Notes: generated by a model from the sequence alone, not told the origin. A stretch of 60,413 bases of DNA, filler included, from Stramenopiles sp. TOSAG23-6 (GCA_900128565.1; 13 parts of 13 records of this genome joined end to end with filler, not necessarily neighbours in it), one strand, 5' to 3'. Counted from the whole stretch's first letter, positions 1 through 11,523 are shown. Numbers and translations are program-made.

Positions 1-99
1 ATGTNTTTTGNAAAAATATTTNAAAAAAAAAATTTAATTTTTGTTAGGTACAAAATGTCGTACGAAAAAAAATTCATACAAAAAAAAAATAAAACATAC
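1..99 (-). other. Family intron GT...AT (downstream exon outside window)
   Basis: AT|GTATGTTTT donor, GTACCTAAC core, ends CAAAANACAT at position 1. Confidence 0.7.
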
Positions 100-915
100 A
101 TGCACCAAATGATTCTTCGTATCTTTGAGTATGTTTATAATTAGGGTTGGGGTTTCGATTATTTTTAGACGTTTTAGATATTTTAGTATTATTTTTAGTA
201 TATCGAAATGTTGAACGAGAGTGAGTCCGATTATGAGTTCGTCGCGACCGACTTGAAGAATGCTCTGAAGATTTACTGTCTATTTTAGATTTTGTATTCT
301 TTGGATTAAAAATAAATAAAGGTACTGGGTGGGAAGGACGTTAATATTGTAGAAAAATATGTTATATTTTTGAAAAACATCGTTAGATATAAAATTTGTT
401 TTTATGAAAATGTACGATGAAAAAAAAAATGAAATAAGTGAATACAAATTCAAAAATATTTTTGAAATATTTTTTTCATAGTAAAATTTGTACCTAACAA
501 AAAAAAACAAAAAAAACAAAAAAATGAAATGTAAGTGAATACCGTACAAGTCAAAACAGATACAATCACATCCAACACCAGATCGTTTCATGCGCGCATG
601 TGTTAAATCACTCAAGTCTGTGTCAACACGAAATGTTCCATTTGAAGCTGTGAGTAGTTGAATGGTCATACCACTACTACCTAAATTTCGATCAACATAG
701 GAAACATCAAAAATATTGAGTGTGAGATTTACAGCTTCTAAAATATTACCACATGTATTGTGAAAAAAAACAAGAATTTTACAAAAAAAAAAAAATCGTT
801 AGGTACGAAATGTACTATGAAAAAAGAAAACTATAAAGTAATACATTCATGATGAAAACGTGCATTCACCCGTTGACAGAGAAACACCATTTGATTTAAG
901 CCTGTGGTGAAACGC
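100..915 (-). CDS. DEPDC5: DEPDC5/Iml1 (GATOR1 subunit), internal exons 864-915, 548-752, 100-341
   Basis: Spliced translation GNILEAVNLTLNIFDVSYVDRNL...SGVGCDCICFDLRPSHPVPLF matches the Iml1/DEPDC5 vWA-like motifs; frame is open after intron removal. Confidence 0.8.
342..547 (-). other. Non-canonical intron GT...TA with internal duplication and an inverted family core
   Basis: GAC TT|GTACGG...CAATATTA|A CGT restores CFDLRPSHP; a 2-nt upstream shift would create a TAA stop. Confidence 0.65.
753..863 (-). other. Non-canonical intron GC...AT
   Basis: GAA T|GCACGTTTTCATCATG...CGTACCTAAC...CACAATACAT|GT GGT restores GECGNILEA. Confidence 0.8.
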
Positions 916-1010
916 ATGTATTTTGGAAAAATATTTCAAAACAAAAAATTCATTAGGTACAAAATTTCGTACGAAAAAAAAAAACGAATTTGAAAAAAAA
1001 TAAAACATAC
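916..1010 (-). other. Non-canonical intron GT...AT joining a CysRS exon to a DEPDC5 exon
   Basis: CAT|GTATGT...CAAAATACAT|GCG; phase 0 on both sides but the flanking exons belong to different genes. Confidence 0.7.
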
Positions 1011-2042
1011 ATGGCCTGTATGAACAAATTGAGACACCCAGCAATTAGGTTTACACTGTAAATATGATTCACTTTGAGCTATTTCGTTGCAGTGATGAGG
1101 AAATTGTAAATCAACACCCCCACCATGTATTGTAAAAAATATGCAAAAATTTGATTTTTTTGTTAGGTACAAATTTCGTATGAAAAACAAATAAATTTGA
1201 AATTCATGATGAAAACGTATATGTAAATTAAATGTTTTCCCCAACACTTGATGACTCATAGCACTGCATTCTATATGCCAACCAGGTCTACCACGACCCC
1301 ATTTGGAATCCCAAGTCACACAACTATCCCAATTTGTTTCTTTTTTTTCGGGTATGACTTTCCAAAGGGCAAAATCACGAAAATCTTTTTTTTCTGAAAG
1401 TTCATTTTGATCTGAATGAGAATTTATATTTGGTTGAGGTTGAGTGATAGTTGGGTCATTGGATAATCTACCATAAGCGTTACCAATAGAGGCTGTATCA
1501 AAATAAACACCACTATCGAGAATATATGCGTTTCCATTATCAATAATTGTCTGAATATATTCCTGAATATCTCCAATGTGTTCACTAACACGTGTCATAT
1601 TTGGTGGCAATTCAACACCAAGAGATCGCATGTCATTCAAAAATTCTAATTCATACAGCCGAGATAACTCTCTAGCAGACATACTACGTTCTTTTGCACG
1701 TGCAACAATCTTGTCGTCGACATCAGTAATTCCCATTACAGACACTACAGGCTGTCGGAAATAATCACGAAGAATACGTTGCATTATATCCAGGCACACA
1801 TACGTTCGCGCATGTCCAAGATGTGCGCTATCATACACAGTAGGACCACAATTGTACCATCGCAATATCCCATCATCATCACATTGTAAAGGCTCTAACA
1901 TACCAGTCACAGAATTTTGAATATTAACGGGTAACGTTCTCTGCATTGAAGGTGTAGCTGCTGAAGCAAAAGACCTATGAAAGGTTCGCTTTGTAACTAT
2001 TGAAGGGACAGCTTTGTACACCATGCGCATATGCGAACCCAT
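1011..2042 (-). CDS. Cysteinyl-tRNA synthetase, N-terminal part, probably organellar
   Basis: WYNCGPTVYDSAHLGHAR (HIGH), DFALWK, GRPGWHIECSAM, spliced LHGGGVDLQFPHHCNE; KMSKS region absent; N-terminus resembles a transit peptide. Confidence 0.93.
1125..1220 (-). other. Non-canonical intron AT...AT
   Basis: TTA CAT|ATACGTTTTCATCATG...GTACCTAAC...TACAATACAT|GGT GGG restores the conserved HGGG motif; 96 nt, so the ORF track reads through it. Confidence 0.85.
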
Positions 2043-2281
2043 TAGACAGATTACTCCGAGGAATATCAACAGAATTTATTTTATCAGTACTATACTTGAC
2101 GTAGAATCTGAGAGGTACACTGCGACTGTAGTAGCTACAGTACAGGCCTGTGTAAGTTAAAGTTTTCAAGACCGCGTGTCAGGGGTCAACAGGTTTGTTT
2201 GGTGTGAATTCGAATGGCCAAAATCGGCCAATCATCAGATGAAGAAGAAGAAGAAGAAAGTCTTTTTGACATAAATTGAAT

Positions 2282-3425
2282 ATGGAAAAGACAATGATAG
2301 ACTGGACGAATACAAAGATGGAATACAGGCAATTGGGCAAAACGGGACTTAAAGTCTCCGCTCTTAGTCTAGGTTCGTGGACGACATATGGAGGGACTGA
2401 AGACTACAAAACGTGTTATGATTGCTGTACGAAAGCTCTTCAACTCGGTTGCAATTTTTTCGATTGTGCAGAGATATATGCCAACGGTGAAGCTGAACGA
2501 GTTATGGGTATACGTTTTTTATTCTACAAAACTATGACAATATTTTATGATTGAATTACTTATTTATTAGTATAATACTTTACATATTTGTTTCTAAATT
2601 GTATAGAACCATACAACGTTGGATAAAAGAGGGTCTCTGTCTTCGAAGTGACCTCGTTATTTCTACAAAAATATATTGGGGTGGTCCAATGGCAGGAATA
2701 AAAGGTAACCCGAATGCTACAGGATGCAGCCGAAAGAGAATTATTGAAGGTACAAAAGCCTCTCTTTCTCGCTTAAATTTGGATTATGTGGATCTTATAT
2801 TTTGCCATCGTGAGGACTTCCAAACACCTATTGAGGAGACCGTACGGGCCATGTCATTTATCATTGATAAAGGGTATGCAATGTATTGGGGGACATCAGA
2901 AGTACCTTATTTCTATATGATTTCGATATTGTTGAAAAAATTTAAATATACACTATATATTTATCGCTTTATCATTACTATATTAATACACTCTACACTG
3001 GTCACCTGCAGCAATTTCGAGCGCAATTGAAATAGCGAGAAAGTTAAATTTGCACGAGCCTGTTATGGAACAGCCACAATATAGTCTACTTCATCGCCAT
3101 CATTTTGAAGTGTCTCTTGATCCCATTTTTGCTGATCATCGCGTACGATTTCATCAGTTATTTCAAATTTTTATTTTTTGTAATTTCAAATTGATTTTTT
3201 TTTTTCGTAAAAACAATAACAATTTATTTTTAAATATTTTTTCATAATAAAGTATGGTTCAACCATATGGAGTCCTTTAGCATGTGGCTTACTCACTGGA
3301 AAATATTCGGGTGGTAGTTTTCCTGCTGGTTCTCGTTTAGCACATGCAAAAAATGCATGGTTGAAAAATCAACTTGAAAATGGTGAAGATGGTACCTTAC
3401 CCCTAACCCTAACCAAATATCCAAC

Positions 3426-3458
<33 letters not shown>

Positions 3459-3985
3459 GTTTGAAAATTTATATCTTGGACAAATTTATACCTAACAAAA
3501 ATATCAAATGTAAAACTATTTTTTCAAAATAAATGGGGAGGAAATGGTTTAAATGGGCTTGAAGTGAAAGATCCTCAAGAAGCTCTTGATATGTCGGATA
3601 GACTGGCAACAATTTCAAAAAAACTTAAATGCACACAAGTAAGTTTTCATGATTTTCAATTTTCAATTTCTTTTTTTTCTTTTTTTTGTATGGAAATTTT
3701 GTACCTAACAATTTTTTTTTTCGTAAAAAAAAAAAAAAATACTTCTTCATAATACACGCTCAATTAGCTTTAGCATGGTGTTTAGTAAATCGTGATGTTA
3801 GTAGTGTTATTACTGGTGCAAGTAAAGTGTCTCAAGTAATTGAAAATTTTGAAGCTCTCGATATTGTAAAAAAATTGAATCAAGATATATTACACGAAAT
3901 CGATGTTTTATTGGGAAACAAACCGATCAGACCTAAATGCTGGGGTCGAGGTCGAAAACGCATCGGATATGGTCAAAGGGCGTAA
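2282..3985 (+). CDS. Aldo-keto reductase, Kv-beta (KCNAB)-like, 6 exons
   Basis: YRQLGKTGLKVSALSLGSW, FFDCAEIY, VISTKIYWG, YWGTSEW, EQPQYSLL, AQLALAW; introns at 2510-2604, 2902-2998, 3143-3252, 3392-3534 (or 3540), 3639-3757. Confidence 0.92.
2510..2604 (+). other. Non-canonical intron AT...AT (degenerate family member)
   Basis: GGT|ATACGTTTT...AATTGTAT|AGA restores RVMGRTIQ; the adjacent GT and AG do not give an in-frame product. Confidence 0.65.
2902..2998 (+). other. Non-canonical intron GT...AC
   Basis: GAA|GTACCTT...CTCTACAC|TGG restores conserved WGTSEWS. Confidence 0.8.
3143..3252 (+). other. Family-like intron with canonical GT...AG
   Basis: CGC|GTACGATTTCATCA...CATAATAAAG|TAT restores DHRYGSTIWSP. 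Confidence 0.85.
3639..3757 (+). other. Non-canonical intron GT...AC
   Basis: CAA|GTAAGT...GTACCTAAC...CATAATACAC|GCT restores CTQAQLALAW. Confidence 0.85.
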
Positions 3986-4165
3986 TTGTTGTAGGGTATG
4001 AATACAAATATATTTTTATAGTTTTGACTTTCAAATAAATTCAAATAAAAAGGGAAAAAAAAAAAAAGTGTTGAAATTTGAGTTTTATTTCAATACAATA
4101 AAAATAGTGAAATAAAATCGTTTTTTTTTTAAATTATACAAATACAAAATATAGTAGTAAATTTT

Positions 4166-4459
4166 CTATACTAATGAATGCTTTGGAGGATTAGTCGAAT
4201 TATTCTTATTACAAGGGTCATTTGTGTTATTTGAGCCATTTGAATGAGTGTTACAACTATTAGGGTTAGGGTTTTGATGCATTTCTTCCTCAAATTCTTG
4301 AACTGTATTAGGGTTAGGGTTTTGATGCATTTCTTCCTCAAATAGTTGATGAACTTTACTGATATGATCCAATTCTTCTTGTGTAATCACTCCACTCTTC
4401 ACTTTAGCCTTTGCCGCTCTGACAGAATCTTCTAATGCTGTTTGTTCCTGTCGTCTACG
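4166..4459 (-). CDS. Hypothetical protein, last exon, with tandem FEEEMHQNPNPN repeat
   Basis: Open frame follows a family acceptor CACGATATAT; duplicated unit at about 4257-4342. Confidence 0.5.
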   Translation of the reverse strand, partial: RRRQEQTALEDSVRAAKAKVKSGVITQEELDHISKVHQLFEEEMHQNPNPNTVQEFEEEMHQNPNPNSCNTHSNGSNNTNDPCNKNNSTNPPKHSLV

Positions 4460-4578
4460 ATATATCGTGAAAAAATAACTACAAAAAAATTCAAATTTTT
4501 TGTTAGGTACACAAAATTTTCAATGAAATTTTCAATGAAATTTTTTTTTTTTTTTTTTTTTTATTTCAAAAAAAAAAA

Positions 4579-4678
4579 NNNNNNNNNNNNNNNNNNNNNN
4601 NNNNNNNNNNNNNNNNNNNNNNTTAATTAATTAANNNNNNNNNNNNNNNNNNNNNNNNNNNNNNNNNNNNNNNNNNNN
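4579..4678. other. Artificial contig spacer (also at 9247, 13907, 18567, 23225, 27877, 32528, 37177, 41826, 46474, 51121, 55768)
   Basis: Identical 100-nt N-TTAATTAATTAA-N linker about every 4.65 kb. Confidence 0.98.
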
Positions 4679-5036
4679 TAGATATTTCAAAATGAGGTCT
4701 TTGAATAACATTTTTTACATGTTTTACATCATTAGATGGTGCTGGGGATGGTGTATCATCCTTTTTGGTATTCTTATCTGGACAAATCGGGTCTTGTTTA
4801 TAACAATTTTGACACTTTGCAGGGAATCCGGAGGGTTTTTGATCATTGCAGTAACAAACTAAGTCAGCAAGCTTACATTTGTATTTAGGATTTTCTTTCT
4901 CCCTCAATTGTTTTAGATACTCTTCTACTGCTTTATCGAAATCTTCCTTGCTATAATAGCTTTTGCTTTTCACCTCTAGTGTAGTAAACAAGAAGCAAAT
5001 ACAAAACAAAACAAAACAAAAAGAGTGTTGTTTCAT
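4679..5036 (-). CDS. Secreted Cys-containing hypothetical protein, 3' truncated
   Basis: Hydrophobic N-terminal signal-like segment; open to the contig end. Confidence 0.55.
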
Positions 5037-5569
5037 TCTTTGGTACCGTAAAGTGTGTTGAATGGAATACTTTTTTTTTGTAGAGTATAGTCTGATACTA
5101 TTTAGGTATACACTGGTGAATTATTTGACCATGTAGAGTACTAAATGAGTAGCGTTTTGTGAGAGAATACAGTACAATATATTCAATATTGTGGTACTTT
5201 TGCAATTACCGGTTATTGATGACAACGAGGACACAAGTCAACGAAACGATTTTTATGACAGGTATTTGACATGCGGCATTTTGTGCCAATTTTTGTACCA
5301 ATTTTTTGTACCAATTTTTTGTACCAAAATAAATTAGAAATCGAAATCAAATCGAAATGTGTTATCGGAAATATCGGATGTTTTTGAAGTAACTGTCTTT
5401 TTTTTTTCTTTTTTCTCTTTTTTGTTTATGTGTACTGGAAAGACGTTTTATTTGACATGCGGAATTTGTACCATTTTTTGTATTTCGAATTGACTTGAGT
5501 TCAAAAATCGACTTGTATAGATCCATCACACCTGTGCCAAGGGCCAAGGTCTCGATCTCGCTGAAGAAA

Positions 5570-6694
5570 ATGACGACGACGAGCGGCCCCACAACAGTCC
5601 GCAGAGGAAGGGCGCAAGGTGCCGGAGGGGGGGGGGTTAAAACAAGTCTCTCTTCGTTTATGCTTGTTTTTGTTACATGCATCAGCAGCATGCGGGACCA
5701 CGAGGGTCGTGGCGGAGGCGGATACAGAGGCGGCAGGGGCAGATCTTGGCGAATGCGGCTTTGCAGTCACATCGGAATCGACACACTCCTCGGCGCATGC
5801 CGCGTTCAGGCAGTGCGGTTTCCTCACGTCATCAGTGCCCGTTGTGGCGGAGCGCTTCCTCGCCGCCGCACACAGCCACTTATCTCACACTTTCTCAGGC
5901 AAAAACAACCTCGTCCCTTCCCTCGTCAAGCAAGAGCAACTGCTGCCGGTGCCTGGGGGGTCCGGCCGACGCGACTACTTCCCGGCCCTTGACTACCCGT
6001 TTGACGAGACCATGTTCACGGCATTGCTGCCGAGCTTCTGGGAGCGGTTGCACGGTATCTTTGGGGACGGGTGTTGCGAGCTGGCGCAGACCTCATCCCG
6101 AGTGCCCGGCGGCCGAACGAGCAACTTTACTTCATGATCGATCTCAACGATTACCACAGCGGCGCCCTTGAGATACTCGGCGGCTGTTTCATGTATGGGG
6201 CATGGGATGATGCCAAGGCACCGGGAGCGGCGGAGACCGAGCGAAAGCGCCGATGCGGAAGTCGTTGCCACGAGTTCCTGCAAACTGATAAGCAGCTCTT
6301 AAGCCTACTGAGGACGCCGGATGATCTCTCTCTGCCGGAACGTGAAGAGGTTCAAAGGCTCTTTGCAAAACTGCAGGTCGACGAGCGCCGCTGCGGCAAG
6401 GAGACCGGGTGGCACCGGGGGGGCCGCGCCGGCCACTGGGTCGTGTACACCCCCGCGACTCTGCATCGAGGGCGGCAGCTTCTCAGTGAGCTGGACGAGC
6501 ACCGCTTCGTCCTCATGCTTGACATCGCTCGCATCGGCTCAGATTACAAGCGCTTCGTGGACATGCAGCGCCACAGTAGCACGCCCAGATTGCAAGCCAT
6601 GATGGAGCAACGCAGAGCGTGGTTTGCACAGGAGCGCGAACGGTGGTTGGCCACCACCAAGAAGCACGGTGGTGGTGGCGGGTCGGAACTCTAA
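5570..6694 (+). pseudogene. GC-rich PhyH/2OG-Fe(II) dioxygenase-like gene with an apparent frameshift near 6090-6135
   Basis: A GT-AG intron at 5619-5685 joins ATG 5570 in frame to ORF 5619-6137; ORF 6071-6694 carries AGHWVVYTPATLHRG...HRFVL, like the distal His motif of PhyH enzymes. Confidence 0.45.
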
Positions 6695-7091
6695 CATTAG
6701 TAGCCCTAGCAATCCACTGGTTGGTAGGCAGCCTCATCGACTAGTGTAGCCCATCAATCGCCCGATTGACTTGACAGCATGCCGCCGGTGTATTAAGGAT
6801 AAGAAGCAGTGTGCACCGCACAAACCCAATATAAAAACCAATATAAAACCCAAAACGGGGTAAAATAGCGGCTGTACCAAAATAAATTTAGAAATATACG
6901 AAATTTTTATACCAAATTTTTATACCAAATATTTGTAAAAACAAAAAACAACGAAATAACTACTTTATCAAACTGCGAAAAAACATCTAATAATAACACA
7001 TAATTTTAGGGCATACGTGATTACGTGATATATCATGTATTATGTATCTTATTGTCTCTTACATCTCCTACATACTACAATTTTTAATTTT

Positions 7092-7487
7092 TTACAGATA
7101 CTCGTAGCTATCATCATTTTCCCTAATCCACTTCACGTATGTCCAAACACCTCCAAGAAAGCAGACATAGCCAAAGTAAATGAGTGAAAGCTGAGCAAAC
7201 GTAAACTCGGTGACAGCGTGCCAAAAGACTAATGGTAGACAAACAAATCCACTAAGAATTAGTCCATTTATACAACTCGTCCACGCGTCACAAAGGTTTA
7301 TCCCGGTCTCGGGATCAACTGTACCAATACTCTGAAAGAGTACAGGAAGAGGAGCAAAAGCTAATACACTTAATAAAAGTAATGGTAACCAATTTTTACC
7401 TAGTACACAACTAAATACTATAGACATAACACACAACGCAAACCCAATTGATACAGGAAGCCAAGCAACATCACGACGAGACGGCAT
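7092..7487 (-). CDS. VPS55: Vps55/LEPROT family membrane protein
   Basis: 131 aa, four hydrophobic segments, NWLPLL...APLP pattern, acidic tail. Confidence 0.75.
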   Translation of the reverse strand: MPSRRDVAWLPVSIGFALCVMSIVFSCVLGKNWLPLLLLSVLAFAPLPVLFQSIGTVDPETGINLCDAWTSCINGLILSGFVCLPLVFWHAVTEFTFAQLSLIYFGYVCFLGGVWTYVKWIRENDDSYEYL

Positions 7488-7761
7488 GTTTTACTTTTCT
7501 ATATTCTATTTCGATACAGTAATTGTTTTTGTAGTCTGTCTCTCAATGAGTCAATATTGATTGAATATTCAACGCAATCAAAATCGAATTCTACACGAAA
7601 AAAAAAGAAATCTCCTAGCTAGGGTTAGGGGTTTATTATTCTGTTACAGAATCAGAGTAGAAAAAATCTCTGTGAGAGAAATCGTTACATAATATAAATC
7701 GCCTTCCCTCTTTTGTTTTTTGTGAAATCGGTTTGAGAATCTTCTTTGAAATTCATTAAAC

Positions 7762-8913
7762 ATGTTCAAGAACACATTTCAATCAGGTTTTTTATCAATT
7801 CTCTACTCTATTGGTAGCAAACCACTTCAGATATGGGACAGAAAAGTCAGAAATGGACATATCAAGAGACTTACGGGTAAGTATTTTCTACAAATGTTCG
7901 GAACTGACCATTAGTGTTTATTTTTTTTTGTCCTTTACACTTTTTAGGATTTATAGTTTGATTCCAATGTTTTTTCTTGAGTAAACTGTATCGTAATGAA
8001 AAGCAAAATATGCCATCTTCAATACTTGCCATGTATGTGTGTGCTTGCACGATATATATTGCTGGTGTTGTTCTTTCACGCTAACTTTCCCCATTGGCTC
8101 TTCAAATCTTTCTTTGTATACGAAAACGGAAGACGCCACACAATCTNNNNNNNNNCATACAACATATTGACATATATACACATAACACAGACCCTGATAT
8201 TCAATCAAGTGTATTGGAAATTCTTGGAACTAATGTCAGTACAACGTTTATAAGTTGCCCAGCTGACTCAAAAAAGACCCTAGGTATCAAGTTGCCTTTT
8301 CTTGTAATGATTATCAAAAACATGAAAAAATACTTTACATTCGAAGTACAAGTTTTGGACGATAAAAATGTGCGTCGCAGATTTCGTGCTTCAAACTACC
8401 AATCGACCACTCGTGTTAAACCTTTCATTTGCACCATGCCAATGAGACTTGACGAAGGATGGAATCAAATTCAGTGTATGTTTTATTACAATTTAAAATT
8501 TTAATTTTTTTTTCGTACGAAATTTTGTACCTAACGAATTTTTAAAAATGTTTTAAAATATTTTCCTACAATACATTTAATCTCTCTGATTTTACACGCC
8601 GAGCGTACGGTACTAACTACATTGAAACTCTTCGTGTTCAAATACATGTACGTAACCACAACCCTAATTATCGCTCAAAGAGTCCATCTTGATTTTTTTT
8701 TTTTGTACCAAATTTCGTACCTAACGATTTTACATTTTTTTTTTCTTCACAACACAGGCGAATTGTCGTATCCGTCGAATTTACTTTTCCGATCGACTTT
8801 ATTCAGAGGATGAATTACCACCTGAATTTAAGTTGTTTCTGCCTATTGCCAAAGGTGCTGAGGCACAGCCAGCTGCAGCTACCCAGCAGGTTGCTGTTGA
8901 GAATCCTGCATAA
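7762..8913 (+). CDS. CFAP20: Cilia- and flagella-associated protein 20 (BUG22), 4 exons
   Basis: [26 protein letters not shown]...[18 protein letters not shown]...[18 protein letters not shown]...VQIHANCRIRR. Confidence 0.97.
7877..8190 (+). other. Canonical GT-AG intron without the family core
   Basis: G|GTAAGT...AACACAG|AC restores KRLTDPDIQS. Confidence 0.9.
8476..8576 (+). other. Non-canonical intron GT...AT
   Basis: CAG T|GTATGT...CAATACAT|TT AAT restores conserved QIQFNL. Confidence 0.9.
8648..8757 (+). other. Family intron with canonical GT...AG, fixing the splice register
   Basis: CAT|GTACGT...CGTACCTAAC...CACAACACAG|GCG restores QIHANCR; a 2-nt shift would change the conserved His to Gln. 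Confidence 0.92.
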
Positions 8914-9527
8914 GAGTTCTAATTTTGTATAATAATTTCTTACTTGAGGTATTTTATGGTGTATTTATGGATTATCTTTTTTGTGTTTTAACAAGGATAG
9001 TTTTTTTAAATTTTATAAATTATACTATACTTTTTTTATTTGTTTTTTGTTAATAGTGTACATCTACTATATTTATTTTGTATTTGTATATTTTATTTTA
9101 CTTAGAAGTGAGACCCTTAGAGTACATCATTCTCTCTCTTTATTGTATTTTTAAGTGTTTGGAGATGTGCTGAATAAACTTCATCAACGTATTGACAATC
9201 TTTTATTCTTTTTCTTTCCTCTGTACTACTTTTTAAACGATAATTTNNNNNNNNNNNNNNNNNNNNNNNNNNNNNNNNNNNNNNNNNNNNTTAATTAATT
9301 AANNNNNNNNNNNNNNNNNNNNNNNNNNNNNNNNNNNNNNNNNNNNGTTTTCATTATGAATTTCAAATTTATTTTTTTTTCATACGAAATTTTGTACCTA
9401 AACAAAAAAGATTTTTTTTTAGTTTTTATTCAATACGTTTTCATCATGAATTTCAAGTTTACTTTTTTTTTTTTTATAAAAATTTTGTACCTAAACAATT
9501 TTTCTTGAAATATTTTTCTGTAGCACA

Positions 9528-10238
9528 GAATATTTGCAAAGCTTTCATCATGGGTAACGCCACTGAAAATATTCTTGATGATGCTGTCCGCCACTGCCAG
9601 TATGCGGTGAATGTAATTGTCCCTGTCAGTGAACGCCTATGTTGTGCTGGTGATAGTGATAGTGCGTTTCCATAATGAATTGTTTACCTACATCTTTTTT
9701 TCGTATGAAACTTTGTATCTAAGGATTTAAAAAAATATATATTTTTCACAATGTATGTGATGGTGAAAATATTAATTTAGAAAATTCTAATTGTGATAAA
9801 ATTGTTCATAGTTCTAGGCAAAATATTGTTGATAAAAGTATATCTAACCAAAATCATCAAGAAAGACATTTACATATGAGAAAGACCTTGTGTGATCTAT
9901 ACCAAACATCAAATAGTCATCATGTTTGTTTTTTTTTTTTTTTCAAATTCGATTTTTTTTTTTATAAAAATTTTGTACCTAACAAATTCTAGTTTTTTTT
10001 TTTGAAATATTTTTCCAAAATACATTCTATGAAAAAGTATAAAACATTGGATTCACTGAATAATGACCCTACCATGAATACACGTAATATTGTACACAAT
10101 ATATCACGAAATACATCAACCAGTAGTGAACTATCACAAATTTCACAGCAACAACCGTCAAAATTTGTGACTCCTGGGCCAGGTTCACAAGAAACTCCAG
10201 CATCTGGATTGTTTCTTTATACTCCAAGTGTACTATAA
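9528..10238 (+). CDS. Hypothetical protein C-terminus, possibly with a USP-like motif; GT...AT introns at 9662-9756 and 9924-10025
   Basis: Continuous frame after removing both introns; FIMGNATENIL...VNVIVP weakly resembles a USP-domain end. Confidence 0.55.
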
Positions 10239-10381
10239 CGATAACCCTAACCCTAGCAAAAATGTCATTTTGAGATTTAGATTGATTTTTTTTCTGATTG
10301 AATAAAATCGACCTCGGTCAAAAAAAAAAAATTGTGTATTACCTTTTTTTTATACGTTCAATTGAATATAAATTGATCAAA

Positions 10382-11323
10382 ATGCCTTCAAATGCTGTAG
10401 TTTTTCTCCAGGATCAAGGGATTCCCCGAAGCGATGTTGAAAAGAAACTTAGCGTTCATGGATTGAAAGCTCTCTGGCAAGCAACAAAAGATGATATGCC
10501 TGTATCAGAGTCTGATGCCAGAGAAGTCATTGCAGTAGTCACTGTCAACAAGCCAGTCACAGAAGCCGTTCTGAGAAAGTATCCAAATGCTAAAGTTCTT
10601 GCTGTTGCATTCACCGGATATGGTGTACATGATTTAAACGCGTGTAAATCTGCAGGAGTTGTAGTTTGTAATGTTCCTGACTACAGCTCTGACTCAGTCG
10701 CTGAGCTTGCAATTGGTTTAACCCTCGCCGTCTACAGAGAAATTCCATCTGGTAATGCTCTTGTTCGTAGTGGTAAGTGGGGGCTAAGTGCTGGTGGCAC
10801 TGAATTACGTGGAAAGACAGTAGGCATTGCAGGGACTGGAAATATTGGTTGCGCTGTTGCGCGTCTCTTTAAGGCGTTTGGGTGTAAAATTATTGGTTGG
10901 TCCCGCTCTAAAAACTCAAAATTTTTGGAGTTAGGCGGCACTTATGTGACCCGCGAAGACTTATTTGTACAATCTGATATCGTCAGTATTCATATACCAA
11001 ACAACACAGAAACAAAAAAGATGATAAATCGAAATGATTTTGAGCGGATGAAATCAACGGCTGTTTTTATAAACACAGCTCGAGGTCAAGTGATTGACGA
11101 AGAAGTTCTTGTGGAGTTCTTAGCAGCAGGAAAATTTCGTGCTGGTCTTGACGTGTATGATACGGAGTCTGCACCTGCGTGGGCTTCCAAGGTGAATGAA
11201 AATACTATTCTTATGCCTCATGTTGCATATAAGACAAAAGAAGCTTTAGCGAAGAGAATGGATATTACTGTTAATAATATTACTTGTGCTCTTAGTGGTA
11301 CACCAGTAAATTTGTGTACTTGA
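10382..11323 (+). CDS. D-isomer-specific 2-hydroxyacid dehydrogenase
   Basis: VCNVPDYS..SVAE, GKTVGIAGTGNIG, FINTARG, LDVY, MPHVAY. Confidence 0.93.
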   Translation: MPSNAVVFLQDQGIPRSDVEKKLSVHGLKALWQATKDDMPVSESDAREVIAVVTVNKPVTEAVLRKYPNAKVLAVAFTGYGVHDLNACKSAGVVVCNVPDYSSDSVAELAIGLTLAVYREIPSGNALVRSGKWGLSAGGTELRGKTVGIAGTGNIGCAVARLFKAFGCKIIGWSRSKNSKFLELGGTYVTREDLFVQSDIVSIHIPNNTETKKMINRNDFERMKSTAVFINTARGQVIDEEVLVEFLAAGKFRAGLDVYDTESAPAWASKVNENTILMPHVAYKTKEALAKRMDITVNNITCALSGTPVNLCT

Positions 11324-11523
11324 ATAAAAAAATACCTAATCCTTAAAAAAAAATGTTTTATCGCTCATATCAAGATATACGAAAATATGTGAATATATAT
11401 ATCAAGAGATAACGATGATATATTGTAGTTTATTTAGGTATTTTGTGCTTTAAATCAAATTGAAACTCAAAACTGACACGAGAAATAAATTCATTTCTAA
11501 ACCTAACCCTAACCCAAATATCA

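Noticed and set aside
3392-3540. AKR intron 4 as proof of an AT acceptor
   Set aside because: AT at 3534 and AG at 3540 both keep the frame, so it is counted as ambiguous.
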